13,162 nucleotides of DNA from a virus (Duplodnaviria > Heunggongvirae > Uroviricota > Caudoviricetes): IMG/VR virus record IMGVR_UViG_3300000292_000107, one strand, 5' to 3'. Below are positions 6,791 through 13,162 of this stretch, one piece after another. How positions within the stretch are numbered: the stretch's first letter is position 1; each line of letters starts with the position of its first letter. Under the pieces are notes generated by a model. The model was not told where the DNA came from, made no database searches, and was given only the letters and a program-made list of their open reading frames with translations. Both the position numbers and the translations under genes were made by a program.

Positions 6791-7828
6791 ATGCACGATA
6801 ATCATGAAACACAAAAAATTAATCAAACCAGCGTGATGCCTGAAAAAACTGGTGTTTACTGGAATTCTCGGTTTAGCATTGCTCCTATGCTTGACTGGAC
6901 GGACAGACATTGCCGTTATTTCTTGCGTCTGCTTTCCCGCAATACGTTGCTGTATACCGAAATGGTGACCACAGGGGCGATTATTCACGGTAAAGGTGAT
7001 TACCTGGCGTACAGTGAAGAAGAACATCCGGTAGCGTTGCAACTCGGGGGTAGCGATCCGGCGGCGCTGGCACAGTGTGCGAAGCTGGCAGAAGCGCGTG
7101 GATACGATGAGATCAACCTGAATGTCGGCTGCCCGTCTGACCGGGTGCAGAACGGCATGTTTGGTGCGTGTCTGATGGGTAATGCGCAGCTGGTTGCCGA
7201 CTGCGTGAAAGCGATGCGCGATGTGGTGTCGATTCCGGTGACGGTGAAAACGCGTATTGGCATCGATGATCAGGACAGCTATGAATTTCTCTGCGATTTC
7301 ATCAACACCGTTTCCGGCAAAGGTGAGTGTGAGATGTTCATCATCCACGCACGTAAAGCCTGGCTTTCTGGGTTAAGTCCGAAAGAAAACCGTGAGATCC
7401 CGCCTCTCGATTATCCGCGTGTGTATCAACTGAAGCGTGACTTTCCGCATCTGACGATGTCGATTAACGGTGGTATCAAGTCGCTGGAAGAAGCTAAAGC
7501 GCATTTGCAACATATGGATGGCGTGATGGTCGGGCGCGAGGCGTATCAGAATCCGGGGATTCTGGCGGCGGTAGACCGAGAGATTTTTGGTTCCTCGGAT
7601 ACCGATGCCGATCCGGTGGCGGTAGTGCGCGCCATGTATCCGTACATTGAGCGTGAACTCAGCCAGGGTACGTATCTCGGCCATATTACCCGGCATATGC
7701 TGGGCTTGTTCCAGGGTATTCCTGGCGCGCGGCAGTGGCGGCGTTATTTAAGTGAAAATGCCCATAAAGCGGGTGCAGACATTAATGTGCTGGAACACGC
7801 GCTCAAACTGGTAGCGGATAAGCGTTAA
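6791..7828 (+). CDS. dusA: tRNA-dihydrouridine synthase A
   Basis: 345-aa ORF with the Dus-family FMN-binding core ([32 protein letters not shown]) as recalled for enterobacterial DusA. No clear SD at 6791; an in-frame ATG at 6836 (MPEKT...) is an alternative start. Confidence 0.9.
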   Translation: MHDNHETQKINQTSVMPEKTGVYWNSRFSIAPMLDWTDRHCRYFLRLLSRNTLLYTEMVTTGAIIHGKGDYLAYSEEEHPVALQLGGSDPAALAQCAKLAEARGYDEINLNVGCPSDRVQNGMFGACLMGNAQLVADCVKAMRDVVSIPVTVKTRIGIDDQDSYEFLCDFINTVSGKGECEMFIIHARKAWLSGLSPKENREIPPLDYPRVYQLKRDFPHLTMSINGGIKSLEEAKAHLQHMDGVMVGREAYQNPGILAAVDREIFGSSDTDADPVAVVRAMYPYIERELSQGTYLGHITRHMLGLFQGIPGARQWRRYLSENAHKAGADINVLEHALKLVADKR

Positions 7829-7864
7829 CTTTTCACCAAAAAGTAGTCAAATTCACCACGCCCT

Positions 7865-7886
7865 GCGCCCCGTCGCGGGGCGTTTT
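7865..7886 (+). terminator. Rho-independent terminator downstream of dusA
   Basis: CGCCCCG (7866-7872) pairs with CGGGGCG (7876-7882) around a 3-nt loop, followed by TTTT at 7883-7886. Confidence 0.55.
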
Positions 7887-7910
7887 GCTGTTAAATCAAT
7901 AGATTATTTT

Positions 7911-7926
7911 TGGCATGATTCTTGTA
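7911..7926 (+). promoter_or_regulatory. Candidate sigma54 (-24/-12) promoter of pspG
   Basis: TGGCATGATTCTTGTA resembles the TGGCAC-N5-TTGC consensus: the GG is correctly spaced from the -12 element, but -12 reads GT rather than GC. About 36 nt upstream of the pspG ATG. pspG is a known PspF/sigma54-dependent gene. Confidence 0.5.
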
Positions 7927-7961
7927 ATGCCAGCAAGAGATTTCATATTTGGGAGAGCATC

Positions 7962-8204
7962 ATGCTGGAACTACTTTTTGTAATTGGCTTTTTTGTCATG
8001 CTGATGGTCACCGGTGTTTCGTTGCTGGGTATTATCGCCGCGCTGATTGTGGCGACGGCCTTTATGTTCCTCGGCGGTATGCTGGCATTGATGATTAAGT
8101 TGCTGCCGTGGCTGCTGTTGGCGGTTGCGGTGGTGTGGGTGATCAGGGCGATAAAAGCACCAAAAGTGCCGAAATATCAGCGTTATGACCGCTGGCGTTA
8201 CTAA
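7962..8204 (+). CDS. pspG: Phage shock protein G (small inner-membrane protein)
   Basis: 80-aa hydrophobic ORF ending KAPKVPKYQRYDRWRY, with SD GGGAGAG upstream, lying between dusA and qor as in E. coli. Confidence 0.85.
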   Translation: MLELLFVIGFFVMLMVTGVSLLGIIAALIVATAFMFLGGMLALMIKLLPWLLLAVAVVWVIRAIKAPKVPKYQRYDRWRY

Positions 8205-8339
8205 GGGATTGTGCGGATGATCACAACCTAAGGTTTTATCCTTAGAACAAAATAGGAATTGATAATCAAATCTGTCACTATTGCGCGTCAAACAAATTCA
8301 TCGAGCTGTACCCTACATACAGCCGAACTATAAAAGAAA

Positions 8340-8370
8340 GGGCTTCCCAGGTGGAAGCCCAATTTCTTTT
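8340..8370. terminator. Bidirectional rho-independent terminator between convergent pspG and qor
   Basis: GGGCTTCC (8340-8347) pairs with GGAAGCCC (8353-8360) around a 5-nt loop, with an A-rich run upstream and a T-rich run (AATTTCTTTT) downstream, so a U-tract follows the hairpin on either strand. Confidence 0.6.
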
Positions 8371-9423
8371 ATGGAATCAATAGGCTGGAACCCTGCGTCG
8401 CCCGGCTTTCCAGAATCTCATGCGCACGCCGCGCATCCTTCAGCGGATATTTCTGCTGCTCGGCGACATCGACCTTAATCACACCGCTGGCAATCAAAGA
8501 GAACAGTTCATTACTGGCCTCGGTTAATTCCTCCCGCGTGGTGATATAGCCTTGCAGGGAAGGGCGTGTCACATACAACGAGCCTTTCTGATTGAGAATG
8601 CCTAAGTTCACACCGGTAACCGCACCTGATGAGTTGCCAAAACTCACCATTAAGCCGCGGCGTTGCAGGCAATCCAGCGACCGTTCCCAGGTGTCTCTGC
8701 CCACTGAATCGTACACCACGCGCACTTTCTTACCACCGGTGATCTCTTTCAATCGCTCGACCAGATTCTCTTCACGATAGTTAATAACCTGCCACGCGCC
8801 CGCTTTTAGCGCACTCTGCGCTTTTTGCGNNNNNNNNNNNNNNNNNNNNNNNNNNNNNNNNNNNNNNNNNNNNNNNNNNNNNNNNNNNNNNNNNNNNNNN
8901 NNNNNNNNNNNNNGCCGATAAGTTTCGCGCCCAGGGCTTTTGCCCACTGGCAGGCAATCAAGCCAACGCCGCCAGCCGCTGCGTGGAACAGGAACTGTTC
9001 ATCGGGTTTAATTTCATAGGTTTTGCGCAGCAGATAATAAACCGTTAAGCCTTTCAGGAAGGATGCCGCAGCTTGCTCAAAAGAAATTGCCGCAGGCAGA
9101 ATCGCCGCTTTATCTGCATTAATGTTATGCACAGAGCTGTAAGCGCCTAATGCCGATTGTGCATAGACTACGCGATCGCCTGCCTTAATATGCTTTACAC
9201 CACTGCCGACTTTACTCACGATGCCTGCCGCTTCGGTACCTAATCCGCTGGGTAGCGATGGCGGCGGGTAAAGGCCGCTGCGGATATACGTGTCGATAAA
9301 ATTGATGCCGATGGCTTTATTTTCGACCTGGATTTCATTCTCCGCCGGATCGGCAGGAGTGAACTCTACGGCTTGAAGTACTTCCGGGCCACCGTGCTTG
9401 TGAAATTCAATTCGTATTGCCAT
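8369..9423 (-). CDS. qorA: NADPH:quinone oxidoreductase (zeta-crystallin family), interrupted by an 84-N run at 8830-8913
   Basis: The two minus-strand track ORFs (8806..9423 and 8369..8947) are the N- and C-terminal parts of one Qor-like protein (GAGGVG nucleotide-binding motif; C-terminus ...ESRATQGSSLLIP). SD AAGGAG lies upstream of the ATG at 9423. The parts are in different frames across the N run. Confidence 0.8.
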
Positions 9424-9528
9424 TTAAACTCCTTTACTGAGCGACATATCTGTTTTAAGCCTAACAGTAGTCGCCAGGCCGCGCGGGGATTTTTTCCGGG
9501 CTGCGGTCACAACCCGGAATATCTCTGA

Positions 9529-11577
9529 TCAGTATTGAAACGGCGTCGCCGCAATCCAGTTTTGCCACTGGCGCTCAAAGTTGGTTAGCGTTAATACGCC
9601 CCGTTCACGGCACGGGCGAGTCCAGGTTTGGTAATCATTAGCTTCCCGACAAACACAAATCATATATTGCCTGGCATCCTGATTTTCTGGCCGAAAACGC
9701 CAGGCCAGGAGTGGCCCACCTGGTGTTTGCGGTGCAATACCGGCTTCGCCATCATAGATAGCCCTGGCACCACGACTCCCACCACCGTTTTCGACATAAC
9801 ATTGTAAAGAACGCAGTACAGCCAGCGCCAGTTGCGCACTTTGTCGCCACTGGAAAGATTGTGCCAGGCTGTTTTCATCGCATTGAATACCTTCCCGGCG
9901 AATATCTTCACAAAGTGTTGCCAGGGTTTGCGCGGCAGTGTTGATCCCCTGTGTATGACACAAAATTGCGGCATGGTGGCTCATGGTATTTTGTATCGTT
10001 TCTCGCACGTCGTCACGTAGCAGCCCCTGATTCAGGTGCTGTTGCGCCTCATTAATCGTACTGAGAATTTGTTGCCTCTCGAGAGGCCGGTCCTGGCTTT
10101 TCTGATGAGCAATATGTAATGCACAGCGGCGGGCGAAAACTTGCCCGGCATTGAGCGCTGCTCCACCTGGGCGCGTGACACCATGTGTTCCGGCATTTTC
10201 TCCGGCAGCATAACAACCAGTTAGCGATGTACGTGCCCAAATATCAACTTCAATTCCGCCATTAAGATGTTGATTATTTAGCGTAAACTTGAGCGGTGAG
10301 GCTGTGAGATCATGACCGTGCATCTGATACAAACGAATAGCCAGAGGATTCATCTGTGTTAATCTCGCCAGCGGTTGTGCCAGCAGGGCGTGATTTTGTT
10401 GCAGATAGTCGATGACATCATCATCCAGCTCCCGCAGGTTAAATAGTGTTCCGTCCGCTGCGGGTTCTGGTTCCCGTAGAAAATCGAGAAAAACATCGCG
10501 CCCTTTTTGAGTCTCTTCATAAACTGCGACATCCAGCAAGCTGGAGCCATATTCCAGCATTCGTTCCGCGTGAAACGGCCACTGGTAACCTTTGCGAAAT
10601 ATCGCGGAGGCCAGCATACGAGTCGTGGGGTAATAAGTTGCCAGAAAATTATACTGACGCCCGGAGTGGTCCTGCGAATAGATGCGCGGTATCGCCTGCA
10701 TGTAAGTACCGGAAAGATTCCACGGAAACTGGTTGCGCGGTGTACCGATACCAAACTGACTTTCCGTAAGATTAACCAGAGTTATCCCTGCTTCCAGCGC
10801 CATGCCCAACGCACTAAAACAGTTCACCGGATAAACACTGTCACGATAAAGTTCACCAGGCCCGCCCGTGGCTAAAACCAGATGCTGACAGCGAATCACT
10901 ACCATTCTCCAGGGATTATCCCGACAGGCTTTATCGATGGCGATCACCCCCTCGACTCGTCGATTTTCTCCTTCACCACTGGTCAGGATACGAATCGCCG
11001 TTGTGTGATCGCAAAGAGGAATATTAAGGCGCATTGCCTCCTGGGCCAGCACCTTCACCATCAGGCGCGATGTTCGAGGACCGCAGCTAGTGGCACGGCC
11101 AAATTCATCGTGATCGGTTTGGTAACGCAACGTTGCGCCAAAGAGATCTTCAGGCAGATCCAGACCCAGATATTTCAGTACTTCACAGGTGTTCACCGAT
11201 CCGACCGCCTCAACATATGCGGTGTCATGATCCATCGCACCACCTGCCGCCAGGGTGTTACTTAATGTCAGAAAATGGTCACCATTTGCACGGGTATTCG
11301 CGGTGTGAAGCGTTTGTTTATCAGAACCAGAACAGGCGGAAGTTCCCCAGAAGGCTTTGCTGGAGGCGACCATTACATCGACATTTTGCCGTTTCAGCTC
11401 GACGGCAGCTCGCCATCCTGCCGCGCCACTGCCCAGAACCAGCGTGTTGCAGCGGTACTCAGGTAAAATGGTACCGTTAAGGTCGATACTACCGCTGACT
11501 TGAGCCAGCGGTGCGTAATGGGGCATTTTCACGTCAGTCAGGGAATCGATAATAGATTCAGAGACATTATGCGTCAT
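9529..11577 (-). CDS. FAD-dependent oxidoreductase, succinate dehydrogenase/fumarate reductase/L-aspartate oxidase flavoprotein-like (FAD_binding_2 type)
   Basis: Rossmann dinucleotide motif LVLGSGAAGWRAA near the N-terminus, and later LVLATGGPGELY and GENAGTHGVTRPGGAALN blocks typical of this flavoprotein family. The track's start at 11694 overlaps the upstream MFS gene by 128 nt; the ATG at 11577 (MTHNV...) overlaps its stop by only 11 nt, and 11526 is another candidate. Confidence 0.7.
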   Translation of the reverse strand: MTHNVSESIIDSLTDVKMPHYAPLAQVSGSIDLNGTILPEYRCNTLVLGSGAAGWRAAVELKRQNVDVMVASSKAFWGTSACSGSDKQTLHTANTRANGDHFLTLSNTLAAGGAMDHDTAYVEAVGSVNTCEVLKYLGLDLPEDLFGATLRYQTDHDEFGRATSCGPRTSRLMVKVLAQEAMRLNIPLCDHTTAIRILTSGEGENRRVEGVIAIDKACRDNPWRMVVIRCQHLVLATGGPGELYRDSVYPVNCFSALGMALEAGITLVNLTESQFGIGTPRNQFPWNLSGTYMQAIPRIYSQDHSGRQYNFLATYYPTTRMLASAIFRKGYQWPFHAERMLEYGSSLLDVAVYEETQKGRDVFLDFLREPEPAADGTLFNLRELDDDVIDYLQQNHALLAQPLARLTQMNPLAIRLYQMHGHDLTASPLKFTLNNQHLNGGIEVDIWARTSLTGCYAAGENAGTHGVTRPGGAALNAGQVFARRCALHIAHQKSQDRPLERQQILSTINEAQQHLNQGLLRDDVRETIQNTMSHHAAILCHTQGINTAAQTLATLCEDIRREGIQCDENSLAQSFQWRQSAQLALAVLRSLQCYVENGGGSRGARAIYDGEAGIAPQTPGGPLLAWRFRPENQDARQYMICVCREANDYQTWTRPCRERGVLTLTNFERQWQNWIAATPFQY

Positions 11578-12967
11578 GGGAGGTGCCCGTAGTCTGGTTA
11601 TGTTGGGAAACGCTGATCGTTTCAGCGTCGGCAAGATCATCAAGATCACGATCGCGTGTTTCTGGAGCAAAGAAAGTCGCAATAATCGTACCAACGGTCA
11701 GCAGACTAAGGTAAATAGCGATTGGCATCCAGGCAGCAATACCACTGGGATCGTTAGTGTGGATCACCCAGGAAATGATTGCAGAACCAACCAGTGGCGC
11801 GATCCCTCCGGCAATAACGGCAGAAACTTCCCTTGCCAGTGCGACGCCAATATAACGATGGCGAGCACCAAAGAGTTCAGGCAGAAAAGCACCTTGTGCA
11901 CCAAACATACCCCAGGCTCCAATCCCTAAGGCCAGAGAAAGAGAGACAATAGTGACAGGAACATTACCGTGGCTGAAAGACCACCACACCGGAAAGGTAA
12001 TCAACAACTGAAAAATCGCCAGACTACGATAGACAAGAACCCTGCCGAAGCGATCGGTCAGCCAACCGGCAATAGGCACCATAATTGCACCGACTACTAC
12101 CGCAGACATCAGGCATAGCGTACCAACTGATTTGTCCAGCCCAACCACACCAACGATATAACTGATCGCTAAAGCCTGATAAATCGACGAGCCGCCGTTT
12201 TCTGCCAGACGTAAGCCAATCCCGACGAAGACATTACGGCGTGATGTTTTCAGCAAATTTCGTAAGGGTGATTCTGTAACTTGTTGACAAGCTTCGAGTT
12301 TTGCGAATGATGGCGATTCTTTAAGATGCAGTCGAATATAAATAGCCACCGCGATAATCACCACGCTGGAGAGGAAGGGCAAGCGCCACCACCAGGTTTC
12401 GGCAAGATTTGTCACATTATGCAGCAGGATGAAGTAAACGGCAGATGCCATAAACGTACCAATCTGGATTCCGAGGAACGGCAGCGCGGCGTAATAACCC
12501 CGTTTGCCGTCAGGAGCATATTCGGTCATCAGTACGGCGGCTCCCGCCTGTTCAGCCCCAGCACCAAGCCCTTGCAGCAGGCGTAATGCAATAAGCATAA
12601 TTGGCGCCCAGATTCCCGCTGTTTCGTAAGTGGGTAATACCCCGATCAACGTGCTGGCGATTCCCATTAACAACACCGTTGCTAACAGGACGAACTTACG
12701 GCCCAAACGATCACCTAATGAGCCGAAGATAATTCCGCCTACAGGTCTGACGGCAAATCCGAGAAAGTAGGTGCCAAAACTGGCGATCAGCGCCATTCCC
12801 GGTTCCTGATTAGGAAAAAAGAGTGGACCAAAAATAATGGCGGATGCCAGGCTGTAAAGTGCGAAATCGTAGTATTCCAGTGCGCTGCCGAGAGAGCAGG
12901 TCCACGCCGCGCGACGCAGATCTGCCGATGAAACATTCGCTTTCTCTGCTGGTTGTGAAGGTTGCAT
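11567..12967 (-). CDS. MFS transporter, metabolite:H+ symporter (MHS) family
   Basis: 466-aa ORF with many hydrophobic segments and the MHS/sugar-porter signature GSLGDRLGRKFVLL after the second helix. SD AAGGAG lies 8 nt upstream of the ATG. Confidence 0.85.
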   Translation of the reverse strand: MQPSQPAEKANVSSADLRRAAWTCSLGSALEYYDFALYSLASAIIFGPLFFPNQEPGMALIASFGTYFLGFAVRPVGGIIFGSLGDRLGRKFVLLATVLLMGIASTLIGVLPTYETAGIWAPIMLIALRLLQGLGAGAEQAGAAVLMTEYAPDGKRGYYAALPFLGIQIGTFMASAVYFILLHNVTNLAETWWWRLPFLSSVVIIAVAIYIRLHLKESPSFAKLEACQQVTESPLRNLLKTSRRNVFVGIGLRLAENGGSSIYQALAISYIVGVVGLDKSVGTLCLMSAVVVGAIMVPIAGWLTDRFGRVLVYRSLAIFQLLITFPVWWSFSHGNVPVTIVSLSLALGIGAWGMFGAQGAFLPELFGARHRYIGVALAREVSAVIAGGIAPLVGSAIISWVIHTNDPSGIAAWMPIAIYLSLLTVGTIIATFFAPETRDRDLDDLADAETISVSQHNQTTGTSHDA

Positions 12968-13057
12968 GATGTGTCTCCTTTCAGACGGATAAAAGAAATC
13001 CGCCTAAAATCAATGGGATTCTTGCGTTATTATTAAAATCCAAAATGAAATGCTAAG

Positions 13058-13162
13058 TTATCGAGCACTAAAGTGCGGTTGACGCTTCTCAGTAAATGCC
13101 TGACTGCCTTCATGAGCATCTTCAGTCGTGGCGGAAAAAGCGCCAGCCAGTGCTTCAAGCGT
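13058..13162 (-). CDS. Enoyl-CoA hydratase/isomerase (crotonase) family protein, C-terminal 34 codons only; rest lies outside the window
   Basis: Minus-strand translation ...TLEALAGAFSATTEDAHEGSQAFTEKRQPHFSAR-stop; the EG-x-x-AF-x-EKR-x-P-x-F tail is characteristic of crotonase-fold proteins. Confidence 0.55.
   Translation of the reverse strand, partial: TLEALAGAFSATTEDAHEGSQAFTEKRQPHFSAR

Larger units (their letters stand above)
1..6900. mobile_element. One end of an integrated lambdoid prophage (tail-tip, fibre, moron and integrase modules); boundary inside the 5' end of dusA, exact att core not determinable from this window
   Basis: Run of phage genes (J-like, lom, stf, S74 fibre, dinI-like, int) ending at an integrase adjacent to dusA, a known target of a family of integrases. 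The first ~130 nt of dusA are visibly more AT-rich than the rest of the gene. Confidence 0.8.

Noticed and set aside
6785-7696. Minus-strand ORFs antisense to dusA (6785-7348, 7000-7263, 7373-7696)
   Set aside because: Overlap the conserved dusA coding sequence; typical GC-rich antisense artefacts.
8207-8245. Short inverted repeats in the pspG-qor intergenic region (TTGTG/CACAA around TGATCA, and CTAAGG-ttttat-CCTTAG) as possible REP element or sRNA
   Set aside because: Stems are short and AT-rich and no promoter or terminator context makes them a distinct element; most likely incidental.
7971-8291. 106-aa minus-strand ORF antisense to pspG
   Set aside because: Overlaps pspG almost entirely; His/Arg/Gln-rich low-complexity translation.
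8281-9019. Plus-strand ORFs 8281-8478, 8592-8780 and 8825-9019 within qor
   Set aside because: Antisense to qor, and one runs through the N block; no support.
9424-9528. CTGT-N10-ACAG in the qor upstream region as a possible LexA box, and a CCGGG/CCCGG hairpin beside an A/T run as a possible terminator
   Set aside because: The spacer is 10 nt, not 8, so it does not fit the LexA consensus; the hairpin has the T-run on the wrong side for either strand.
9660-11480. Multiple short ORFs on both strands within the FAD oxidoreductase gene
   Set aside because: Nested in, or antisense to, a long ORF with clear flavoprotein motifs.
11578-11694. Longest possible start (11694) for the oxidoreductase
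   Set aside because: It would overlap the upstream MFS gene by 128 nt. Internal ATGs at 11577 or 11526 give a normal N-terminus ahead of the GSGAAG motif. The start remains uncertain.
11576-12586. Plus-strand ORFs 11576-11929 and 12326-12586, antisense to the MFS transporter
   Set aside because: Overlap a well-supported transporter CDS; no signals.
1-13162. CRISPR arrays, tRNA or rRNA genes, IS elements
   Set aside because: No short regularly spaced direct repeats, no cloverleaf-like candidates at the integration site (the target here is a protein gene, dusA), and no transposase-like ORFs or terminal inverted repeats were seen.

Overview
This window covers one end of a lambdoid prophage integrated at the 5' end of dusA, followed by core chromosomal genes and a small accessory operon. 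Prophage part (about 1-6900): the 3' end of a J-like tail-tip gene, lom, a 791-aa side-tail-fibre gene (lambda-Stf-like N-terminus, 189-bp tandem repeats, LamG/ConA-like C-terminus), a translationally coupled 93-aa ORF, a 346-aa fibre-like protein with a C-terminal S74 intramolecular-chaperone domain, a small membrane protein, a dinI-like gene behind two LexA boxes, and a tyrosine integrase abutting dusA. Core part: dusA, pspG with a sigma54-type promoter, and qor interrupted by an 84-N run. Beyond qor lies a minus-strand operon: a crotonase-like 3' fragment, an MHS-family MFS transporter and a large FAD-dependent oxidoreductase. I found no CRISPR array, rRNA, tRNA or insertion sequence. I do not see an unambiguous novel defence system; the best candidates for something new are the atypical fibre module (no Tfa-type chaperone), the uncharacterised 93-aa and membrane-protein ORFs, and the transporter/oxidoreductase operon. 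All homology statements are from reading the translations and remembered family signatures, not from database searches.
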